A stretch of 18,860 nucleotides of DNA from Tubiluchus corallicola (GCA_030141605.1 JAQGDQ010001979.1:1-18860); one strand, 5' to 3'; positions 1 through 9,203 are shown, counted from the stretch's first letter. The notes: generated by a model from the letters alone, not told the origin. Numbers and translations: made by a program.

Positions 1-383
1 GAAAGAATTCCATTACTAAGCAAGCTATACAAATTTGGAATTCATTACCGACATCACTAAAACACAGCAGCTCTTTATCAATATTCAAGTCTAAATTAAA
101 AAAACATTTAATGACACGTTTTGAATATCCGACATACGAACACGATGACACCTACTCAAATCATAATTTCATTTTCCCCAGACCTTACTAAACTAGTTTA
201 TATTTTATTTTTTGAAATTCTAGTTGCACTTATAGTTTAGCTTGCACCAGGCCGCTCCTATGCAAAAGTATATAAAAACTGTCTGCAATTGACTCAAATA
301 ACTCTGCACAATTGATTCTATTTTTATACATAGAGATAAACACGTGGTTACACTGATGTACGTGATGTAAACAAAGTGACGGC

Positions 384-400
384 CTGCCATCTAGCGGTCA
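384..400. promoter_or_regulatory. CTCF-like motif
   Basis: ctgccatctagcggtca resembles the CTCF core variant GCCATCTAGTGG; a weaker copy tgccatctagtgac lies at 622-635. Motif match only. Confidence 0.3.
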
Positions 401-484
401 GCTTGTGAAATAATGTACCGGGTCCTAAAAAATTTTCTCAACGAATTTGCGCGATTTATAAAAACGCACTACTGGTCTTCCAAA

Positions 485-525
485 AACTCGGAATTCAGCG
501 TATCCGCGGAAAATTCTCATCCCTG
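485..525. mobile_element. Possible right end of an Ac-like hAT element (other end not in window)
   Basis: ...ccgcggaaaattctcatccctg is the reverse complement of CAGGGATGAGAATTTTCCGCGG, similar to the Ac-type terminus CAGGGATGAAA. No partner TIR or TSD is visible. Confidence 0.25.
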
Positions 526-1289
526 ATAATTAAACATGGTTTTGTTATAAATGAAATACTTGGACTGTATTGTCAATATAGTTCTAGACAGCACCACTGT
601 TTTCCAGATACTTGAATTTAATGCCATCTAGTGACAACAAAAAACAACGAAATATTAAAAAACTTTAAAGAAGGCAAGCTGATTTTTCATATAATACCCA
701 ATTTTCAAGTCCGATAAAAAGTATACATTTTAACACGATTAATACTACAAAAGCGTTTCTGCTAATTAAATAATAGATTAATAACTTAATTAACAGCTAG
801 TGAACCAAACTATTGATGAGTCATCACAAACGAATATAATTTTCAACAGCAGAAATATTCCATGAGCATGTTGCACGTGTTTGCGAAAGCGAAAATTGAA
901 GTACAGTGCTACTGTAAGATATTCAGTGTGTTGCACTAAAAGTAGGAAAGTCTTAACATAAAAAGTTAAATTTCAAATTCTCTGCTGTGCTCATGCATCA
1001 GCCGTCGAACTCGTGCAGTTCAAGCTGAGAGGTACAGCACCTGTTTTTTGTGCAATGCATTTCCGAAATGCAGGCGCTGGTGCCCATCTTGCTAGCAAAT
1101 GGCGAAATGCACGTAACAGCAAAGAACTAGTGACGCGAACGTGAAATTGTCTCTGTGTGGTAATAAATCTTTCACGTAAGTCACTTTTGAAAAAATGGTA
1201 CGTTTCCTTTCAGTATTTTAAAGAATAGATTGTTTTGACCTACAGTTTAAGATTGGGTCCAATAGCTTAACTAATAGTTTAATCAACTA

Positions 1290-1943
1290 ATAGTTTAAAG
1301 CTGTGATCTAAAGAATTAGTACTTATTTATGTTTAAACTGAAAAATAACTATGCATCAGAAAATAGTAAATTATTTGCATCAAGTGAAGTAGTTGTCACT
1401 TTTGCAGGAGCAAGTATGTCACTTTTGAAATGTCAAACTTTCCAAGGTAATCGCTCAAATATTAGAAACAATTGCAAACTTTTATTGGCAAGAAAATGTA
1501 TATTTTGGACAGGAAATTAAAATGAGATTGAGTCTTCAGAATTAATTGTCTCGTTTGTTTTAAAGGGGAAGATGTCACAAAGTTGGTTACTGAACACTTT
1601 ATAATCATGATCACAGTTTTTCTTAGTTCTCGCTCCATTTCATCTTTCATTCACTACTCCCCCCTCCCCACTTTTATGTATATATTATCATTATTTCAAT
1701 TATTAATCATTTCTTTAAGAAATCCACGTACAGTTCGGCCTGTCAAGCTATGCTTTTACGCTCAAACGGTATGCATCAAAATTATTCTGTAATGTAATTT
1801 GCACATGTATATGCTGCATTTTGTAATTTCTGCATAATATTGCATTTATATTTATATTTACTTCAGTGAAATTATCTGTATTTTTGTTATAACTGTTAGA
1901 TGCAGAGTGGAAATAAATCAACTTATAAACTTATAACTTGTAA
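1290..1943 (+). mobile_element. Probable decayed 3' end of a CR1-group (Crack/Daphne-like) LINE
   Basis: Broken translation LFMFKLKNN...ARKCIFWTG...NEI...SFVLK...WLLNTL* resembles the ORF2 C-terminus of these LINEs. It is followed by an AT-rich UTR, aaataaa at about 1911 and a short tandem tail (aacttata)n. Confidence 0.4.
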
Positions 1944-1969
1944 TCACTCCAAGTAACCGAGTGTGGTAA

Positions 1970-2114
1970 AGAGAGAGAGAGAGAGAGAGAGAGAGGGGGA
2001 AGAGAGAGAGAGGGAGAGAGGAGAGAGAGGGAGAGAGGAGAGAGAGAGAGAGAGAGGGGGGGAAGAGAGAGAGGGAGAGAGAGAGGAGAGAGAGACAGAG
2101 AGAAAGAGAGAGGG

Positions 2115-2184
<70 letters not shown>
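1970..2184. repeat. Imperfect (GA)n polypurine microsatellite
   Basis: About 215 bp of almost pure G/A; explains ORFs 1944..2237 and 1963..2196. Confidence 0.98.
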
Positions 2185-2246
2185 TTTAAAAAATAAATAA
2201 ACTTATAAAGTTCTATAGAGCATATTAACGTGTACACACGACTTAC

Positions 2247-2900
2247 CGTACGTATTTATCTAGCGGAAGCTTCTCCATTCTTAACCCTTCTTTCTTTGCT
2301 TTGGCCATGGTCAGTGGCAGCTGCTTGGACTTATCTACAAATCCACCAACTATATACACCAGATCATCGTCAAAAGTTTCCATGTAATTAGAAGCATTCG
2401 GACTCAAGTAAACCAGTTTATTTTTCGGATAAAGGTCCAGATAACTCTCCCCGCTGACCGTTATCATTACTTTAGTGTCGAGTCCACTGATCATCGGTTT
2501 GAGTTTTTCGTACACCGGGTCGTCGGACCGCACGTTGCACATGTGTATGTGGAACGGGTGCGGTGCGGTTTTGTTGTGTCCGTGCACGATCTTCATCTGC
2601 CACGCCGTGTTTGTTATTTCCGGCTTTTGCATGTATTCCGCAAAATCCATGTCGAAAACCAGATGCGGCCCGTACAGCATGGCGTGAGCGAGCCTCCAGT
2701 TGTCGAACTGTGTCATGGTGCTCTCACGAACGTACAGCGTGATGGTGTTGCAGCTCAGTCCGTACTGGAGGTGACCGTCGGCATCGAACGGTCCGGTGAT
2801 CATACCTTCTCTTTGGGCCAGCTGTGATTGATGGTAAGCTTGACGTGCGGCTTTTTTCCGAGCCGCACTTTCCTTCTTCCTCTCAGTTTTGAAATAATAC
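2247..2900 (-). CDS. TRMT10C: TRMT10C/MRPP1 homologue, internal coding exon containing most of the Trm10-type SPOUT methyltransferase domain
   Basis: Acceptor ttttatttttttcAG|G at 2901/2900. AC+G restores the frame (T-YYFKTERKKESAARKK...) into the 186-aa ORF with Trm10 motifs LVFDMDF, HPFHIHMCN, LVYLSPNA, VYIVGGFVDK and AKKEGLRMEKLPLDKY. Donor CG|GTAAGT at 2247/2246. The C-terminal exon was not found and probably lies left of position 1. Confidence 0.93.
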
Positions 2901-2918
2901 CTGAAAAAAATAAAATCT

Positions 2919-3419
2919 ATCTGTATTAACTGTATTATCTGTATTAACTGTATTATCTGTATTAACTGTATTAACTGTATTATCTGTATTAACTGTATTA
3001 ACTGTATTATCTGTATTAACTGTATTATCTGTATTAACTGTATTATCTGTATTAACTGTATTATCTGTATTAACTGTATTATCTGTATTAACTGTATTAA
3101 CTGTATTATCTGTATTATCTGTATTAACTGTATTATCTCTGTATTACTGTATTACTGTATTACTGTATTACTGTATTACTGTATTAACTGTATTTCTGTA
3201 TTAACTGTATTATCTGTATTAACTGTATTAACTGTATTATCTGTATTATCTGTATTAACTGTATTATCAACACAACTGTATACAAACATATCTGTATTAA
3301 CTGTATTAACTGTATTAACTGTATTACTGTAAACAACAATATTATCTGTATTAACTGTATTATCTGTATTAACTGTATTAACTGTATTATCTGTATTATC
3401 TGTATTAACTGTATTATCT
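2919..3419. repeat. 9-bp minisatellite (ctgtattaa/ctgtattat) with 8-bp ctgtatta variants
   Basis: Roughly 50 tandem units with two short interruptions (about 3268-3290 and 3331-3342), starting about 20 nt from the TRMT10C acceptor. Confidence 0.97.
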
Positions 3420-3423
3420 AACT

Positions 3424-3883
3424 CAGGGGTGTGCATATTGCGGCCTGCCAAGAGATTTGTCAACCTAATGAAAGTGCGGCCCGGGCGATTAATTGAGTGT
3501 ATCCAGCTGAAGTCCGTGCCACGATCCCAAAGATAGTGCGGGTAGTTTTTTCTACTAGATCGGATGCCATTAACCCTTACAAGACGGTTGTAGCTTAATG
3601 TCACTGTACTACACAGACTGTGTGATACACATTACTAATATGCATTGTAATGAAATTACCACTATCTGTCCTGAAAGTAGAAATATATGGTTTGTAATAT
3701 AAATTTTAATAACTTCTAAAATAGTTTCTTGAGTGTAGTAGTAATGATGTACGCAGGTCGGATGCAAAAAAATCGTTATTAGGCCTTTCTGTACTTGGCT
3801 CCTTGATCAAACTGCCTGTGGCCCGCAGGAATTGCGGGAAAGTTTAATGTGGCCTGGCTAATCAGATAATTTGCACACCCCTG
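3424..3883. mobile_element. hAT MITE family A, copy 1 (Buster/Charlie-like)
   Basis: TIR CAGGGGTGTGCA...TGCACACCCCTG; perfect 8-bp TSD atctaact; GGCCC/GCGG subterminal motifs; homologous to three other copies in the window. Confidence 0.93.
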
Positions 3884-4602
3884 ATCTAACTCATCTAATT
3901 GTATTATTACACAGCCAAATATTTGTGCAGCGTAAATATCCTAGAATGATGATGAAGACTGACAATTGTCAATAATTAGAACCTTCCAGCTCGAGGCCCA
4001 GTGTCGTCACAAATCCTTGAAGTTGAAGTCCAAATCAAGTCTTAGGTCAAGTCACTGCCGTCCAAGCTCAAACCAAATAAAGTTTGAAGTTTTATTATTA
4101 TCACATTATTATAATGACGTATAATACATGGTAACATCAAAAAATTATTACGTCATACTGTAATAAATTATTATGTTTCATACACTATCGTTATCATAAA
4201 ATAATAATTGTACTGCAGTGGGGCTAGAGAAGCAAAGGCTTGTATAAGCCCACTGTCATGTGAACCCGATAAAAGAATGGATGAGTGAACAAAGAAAGAA
4301 CTGGGAGAAAGGTTAGATCACACAGGAAGGGTAGAAGGATGTGTTAGTGGAAATGGAAGGAAGAAAGATAATAGATTGTGCTATGTTGACATCAGCTCTA
4401 AAGATTTATCAATGATGCCTTGTTCGATTAAATTACAATTAAACAGGAATTTGAGTTTAAATCTTGGGTTAATTTGACTTGAACTGTTCCTTGACGTAGC
4501 CAATGTAATTTCTTGGAACTCAGTTTGCACAGGGCGATTTGAGAATCGACCCAGTCGCCGGACACTATAAAAACTTGAGATTCGACCTGTATTTAGGCAT
4601 CG

Positions 4603-5729
4603 GCCAAGTGGTTGAAGACTTGACTTGGACTTTGCTGCATTGGGTTGAACACGTCTTAGACTTTGCCACATTGGGTTCAAGACTTGACGACTTAGACTTT
4701 GCCACATTGGGTTCAAGACTTCACGACTTAGACTTTGCCACATTGGGTTCAAGACTTCACGTCTTAGACTTTGCCACCAAGTGGTTCAAGACTTAACTTA
4801 GAATTTGCCACCAAGTGGTTCAAGACTTAACTTAGACTTTGCCACCAAGTGGTTCAAGACTTAACTTAGACTTTGCCACCAAGTGGTTCAAGACTTGACT
4901 TAGAATTTGCCACCAAGTGGTTCAAGACTTAACTTAGACTTTGCCACCAAGTGGTTCAAGACTTAACTTAGACTTTGCCACCAAGTGGTTCAAGACTTAA
5001 CTTAGACTTTGCCACCAAGTGGTTCAAGACTTGACTTAGACTTTGCCACCAAGTGGTTCAAGACTTAACTTAGAATTTGCCACCAATTGGTTCAAGACTT
5101 GACTTAGAATTTGCCACCAATTGGTTCAAGACTTAAATTAGAATTTGCCACCAATTGGTTCAAGACTTAACATAGACTTTGCCACCAAGTGGTTCAAGAC
5201 TTGACTTAGAATTTGCCACCAAGTGGTTCAAGACTTAACTTAGACTTTGCCACCAAGTGGTTCAAGACTTAACTTAGAATTTGCCACCAAGTGGTTCAAG
5301 ACTTGACTTAGACTTTGCCACCAAGTGGTTCAAGACTTAACTTAGACTTTGCCACCAAGTGGTTCAAGACTTGACTTAGAATTTGCCACCAAGTGGTTCA
5401 AGACTTGACTTAGACTTTGCCACCAAGTGGTTCAAGACTTGACTTAGACTTTGCCACCAAGTGGTTCAAGACTTAACTTAGAATTTGCCACCAAGTGGTT
5501 CAAGACTTGACTTAGACTTTGCCACCAAGTGGTTCAAGACTTAACTTAGAATTTGCCACCAAGTGGTTCAAGACTTAACTTAGAATTTGCCACCAAGTGG
5601 TTCAAGACTTGACTTAGACTTTGCCACCAAGTGGTTCAAGACTTGACTTAGACTTTGCCACCAAGTGGTTCAAGACTTGACTTAGACTTTGCCGCATTGG
5701 GTTCAAGACTTGACGCAGAATTTGCCATA
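4603..5729. repeat. 34-bp minisatellite array (ccaccaagtggttcaagacttRacttagaMtttg)
   Basis: Period 34 (for example 4774 and 4808); 27 core units from 4774 to 5691, flanked by diverged cattggg-type units, some of 36 bp. Confidence 0.97.
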
Positions 5730-5859
5730 CCAATATGGCAAAGTCTGAGTTTTGGCTTTAACCTCATAAACGCCTACTTTTCATATTTAAAAAAAACCCT
5801 AGACAAGTTGGCAATAGCAAACTGTGATTCCGAATCTAAACAATGAATGTCAGCCCATT

Positions 5860-6038
5860 GTTGTTATTGGCATGCTTCTGTCTCGGAAGACAATGGAATG
5901 TGCGCCAAGAGAGTCCGATCCTTGAACGTCTCCAGGGCGCACGCCTGGGCAACGTGTATGGAGATCCTGAGTTGCCCAGACAACAGGAACCCCCTCTCTT
6001 CCCTCCCTGGTGTAGTCCAAACGAAAGCGGAGCGATAC
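5860..6038 (-). mobile_element. 5'-truncated RTE-related non-autonomous retroelement/SINE
   Basis: The minus strand ends ...ggcgcacattccattgtcttccgagacagaagcatgcc followed by aataacaac, resembling RTE 3' ends with a terminal stem-loop and (CAA)n tail. Flanked by gtcagcccatt/gttagcccatt (TSD, 1 mismatch). Family call is from memory. Confidence 0.6.
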
Positions 6039-6270
6039 GTTAGCCCATTAATGTCATGTTATTTAGCAATTCCCGCTTGCTTATTAAATTTCTCAACTAA
6101 AAAGTTCGCCAAATTCACACACAAATTCTTCTGGGTTGCTGCACAACATGAAACTCAATCAGTCAGCATTTTGCCTCAGCTGTTAAATAGCTAAGGTTGA
6201 ATGACAGAGTGAAAGTGTTATTGCGGTACTTTATACTGTGATGCACTCGTAATCATGGTGTAGTGGCATC

Positions 6271-6389
6271 TGTGATAATCCGTTTGGCCTAAAATGCTGT
6301 AAATGTGTTGATGTCAGAATGGATTATCACAGTGGTGTCAGAAGTGGGATATGAACCCATGGCTGGACAACCAGACTGCGATTATCACA
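6271..6389 (+). mobile_element. 119-bp TG...CA element: 61-bp mini-LTR-like unit + Leu PBS extended into an antisense tRNA 3' half + regenerated terminus
   Basis: 5-bp TSD gcatc (6266-6270 and 6390-6394); tgtgataatcc...ggattatcaca (6271-6331); PBS TGGTGTCAGAAGTGGGAT (6333-6350); gattatcaca again at 6380-6389. Confidence 0.8.
6333..6381 (-). pseudogene. 3' half (positions 38-76, including CCA) of tRNA-Leu(CAG)
   Basis: The minus strand reads T-CGCAG-T-CTGG-TTGT-CCAG-CC-ATGGG-TTCATAT-CCCAC-TTCTGAC-A-CCA: 3' anticodon-stem strand, paired long variable arm, T arm, acceptor strand, discriminator A and CCA. Confidence 0.85.
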
Positions 6390-7075
6390 GCATCAAATGT
6401 TACGACAGAACTCAACAAAACGCCTTGAACTGGTGAATAATTTCTACCGTTTGTTTATTTGAAAGTTAAAACACACTTGTTGACTTTTCAGTCCAGAACA
6501 CAATACTGTGATGGCGAATTCATTACTTTCCACAATACTGTGAAAGTCATTTTTGAAGTTGTTGTTTAGTCACTTTGTTATGATTGAGTTTAGACACAGA
6601 GAAGTACGAATAGGAACCAAAAATCTATAATAAATATTTGCACTGCAAACAACAGAAAAGTGTTTATTAAACTACAGAAAACATGAGTAGCAAAAACTAG
6701 AAAGCAAAAACAGTCAGTAAAACCTGTTTCACAGCCAGTATACAGGTATAGAACTTGACGTTTGTCTCCTTATAAGCCTCGCTCAGGTCAGGCAGTCAGT
6801 CAGTCAGTCTCTTCTACTCCGTGCCTAAGCTCTCTTTTCATAAAACAGCCACTACGCCTCACTAAACCAGGAAATAAAAAATCTGTGTTTTTTTCTAGTT
6901 GTGCCAGCTACTGCAAATACTTAACTTTCTTCTTCTTCTTCAAAATCTCATTCCACCTGTTGTACGCACTGAGAAACACTTAACTAAGTGAACGTTCCAG
7001 TTGTGCAGCCCAGTGCCTGGCAGCTCAGTAAAATCAATAACTCTATGAGAAAATAATAAGAATGTAATTACTTAC

Positions 7076-7491
7076 GTTAAAAGTCTAGTTCTCGATGATT
7101 TTGTGTCTCTTGTCAACAGCTCAAGAAACTGCTCATTGGAGATCCTTGACGGCATCTTATGTCCGGACTGTTTCAACATGGAACATTCCAGAGCGATGAT
7201 TAGCAGACGTTTCTTCTGTTCCTCGGACAGGTGAGAGAAACACTCGTCGTCGACATCTACCTGTACGTCTGCATCATCATCGGCAGGTAGCTCATCCAAG
7301 TCGTTACCAACAACCGATGAAACTTTTCTTCTGTGTAGACTGAGCCAATTAACTGCTTTGCTGTGTTGTTGTTGTTTGTAAGCGATCTTAGAGTCACGTC
7401 GGACATGAGAACAGACCGCGGTGTAAATGTTCCTATGAATAACTGCTGCATAGCGGGATAAAGAATAAACACTTCGCATGGACTGCGCCAT
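7076..7491 (-). CDS. TRMT10C: TRMT10C/MRPP1 homologue, first identified coding exon (N-terminal, putative mitochondrial presequence)
   Basis: Acceptor ttttcttatAG places the exon start at 7517. ATG in accATGG context at 7491, open to donor AC|GTAAGT at 7076/7075 (phase 2). The N-terminus is Arg/Ser-rich and poor in acidic residues, followed by 'LECSMLKQSGHKMPSRISNEQFLELL...SSRTRLL', which resembles the MRPP1 N-terminal region. The frame is also open upstream of the ATG, so the start could lie in an earlier exon. Confidence 0.85.
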
Positions 7492-7573
7492 GGTCAAGGC
7501 ATTACTCAAAATGTCACCTATAAGAAAAGTAAGTTGAATGAAACATTTTTTGTAAATAAATAATGAATAAATA

Positions 7574-8247
7574 AATGACTAATTATTCATAAGCACTTGC
7601 AAGATTCATACAAACGAACTCATATTAAATTGAATGTAAAAAAACGATAAACTGATGGAAAATTATTTAAAATCTAAAATATTTTCTTAATACCTACAAG
7701 TGAAATTATTAATGATTAATTATGAGGGGTGAGCATCGAACGTTCGAATTTGATTCGAACGAGTTTTTTTAGTTCGAACTCGATTCGAATCCAAAACTAT
7801 AGATTCGAATAATTCAGCACTTCAATCACACATGTTCTTTATCACTAAAACGATTGAAACATCATGCAATTAGCATAATTTAGCTGTGATTTCTGCGCAC
7901 AATTTTAAACAAATTACTAGTCGTTTTATTGCAGAACAAAATCTAGTGATATGCATGATCTTTGTAAGACTAATTTTTACTGGTGGTTCGAAAACTTGTT
8001 CGAAAATCTTTCAATCTCAATTCGAATTCGAAACACTGAAGTTCGGTTCGATTCGAATTCGAAAGTCACAAATTCGGTTCGATTCGAATTCACTTTCTGG
8101 TAGAGAATGCTCACCCCTATTAATTATTAATAAGCACTTGCAAGATTCATACAAACTAACTCATATTAAATTGAATGTAAAAAAAGAATAAACTGACACA
8201 AAATTATTTAAAATCTAAAATATTTCCCTAATACCTACAAGTGAAAT
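7574..8247. repeat. 137-bp tandem duplication whose second copy is interrupted by a MITE
   Basis: Unit 1 is 7574-7710; unit 2 starts at 7711 and resumes at about 8128-8247 (taagcacttgcaagattcatacaaac...taatacctacaagtgaaat in both). Confidence 0.9.
7724..8119. mobile_element. hAT MITE family B, copy 1 (TTCGAA-rich subterminals)
   Basis: TIR (g)AGGGGTGAGCA...TGCTCACCCCTA; perfect 8-bp TSD ttaattat. Confidence 0.92.
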
Positions 8248-8627
8248 ATCAGAGATGCATTCCATAGTGTTCCACAGTCTTTTATCATTATGCTTAACTC
8301 AATTTGATTAAACACTATTGCGTATTTTTGTTTCATTGTATTTAGTTTGATTTTATCATGTATATTTTGTTTCCTTCACTGATTTATTATTTATGTTTTA
8401 TTTTTTTCATTCGGTTTGAGTTTTTTCTAGTTTATTTTATGTTTTAATCGGGTTAGTTAAACGCTTTCCATATCTTGTTAATCATTATTTCATATTTTTC
8501 ATTTTATTTTAATGTTTCTTTGTTGCACAGCCTATTTAGTTATTTTGCTCTCAAGTTTAATTTCTTCCCCCATAAATTTATGTTAACAGCTGATTTTCTT
8601 AACTGACTTCATAATTATGTTACATCT

Positions 8628-8905
8628 ATAATAATAATAATAATAATAATAACAATCTTTATTTAATGTCGGGTTTTGGGTCAACAATTAACATTAGCTC
8701 AAAGAGCTATTATCACCGACTGTAAATAACAACCTACAACTACATAACAGAGACTATTATTACCCCACTTTTACCCTAAATACCACGTGTCAGGCAGGGC
8801 AACAGCAGGTACCATTTTTAAAGTCTGTGGTATGACCCGGCCGGTGGTTCGAACTCACGACCTCCCAGACGGAAAGCACACGCATTACCATTAGACTAAA
8901 CCTTT
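8628..8905 (-). mobile_element. tRNA-derived SINE with a Meta-domain-like body and (TTA)n tail
   Basis: Minus strand: A box TAGTCTAATGG (8898-8888), B box GAGTTCGAACC (8856-8846), body gggtcataccacagactttaaaaatggtacctgctgttgccctgcctgacacg, then AATAAA and (TTA)n. Confidence 0.8.
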
Positions 8906-9203
8906 TAATTAGCAGCACTAGAAATTTTTTTACAAGTTACACTAATCTCAGAAAGATAGCTGACTTGATGACCAATTGGTCTTTTTTTACCCTTTCTCCT
9001 GCACCCCCTTCAACTCTTTCCTTTATGCATAATTTATCCTTTTTAATCGAAAACTATAGCAATAATAGTCTATTTGTATCCTGGTGTAAATGAGGAGATA
9101 AATAAAATGTCTATGTCTATGTATTGAGCATAGATGCAAGTGCTGCATGTGTGAAACCAAGTGGAAAAATATTTGCTATTGTGATGGAAAAGATAGATTA
9201 GGC

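Noticed and set aside
985-1090. Candidate last TRMT10C exon (ag|ATGGGCA... would supply the expected Trp)
   Set aside because: No polypyrimidine tract, and the translation lacks the expected K.LTL.Q-type motif.
1944-2237. Ser/Leu-rich and Arg/Glu-rich ORFs
   Set aside because: Translations of the GA microsatellite.
3176-3604. Recurring ORF 'MTL.YNRLVRVNGIRSSRKNYPHY...' (also 13800..14021 and 15305..15529)
   Set aside because: Recurs only because it lies in MITE family A; non-ATG starts, differing ends and no transposase motifs.
4603-5729. CRISPR-like array (34-bp period with a small palindrome)
   Set aside because: Units are contiguous with no unique spacers, there are no cas genes, and the context is a eukaryotic intron.
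6333-6381. Functional tRNA-Leu gene
   Set aside because: No 5' half, anticodon or A box; B box mutated; CCA is encoded.
7735-8090. Heat-shock elements in TTCGAA clusters
   Set aside because: Spacing does not fit nGAAnnTTCn arrays; better explained as MITE subterminal repeats.
7886-8191. Recurring ORF 'MISAHNFK...GRECSPL' (also 10811..11047 and 14172..14444)
   Set aside because: Lies in MITE family B and runs through the TIR into unrelated flank.
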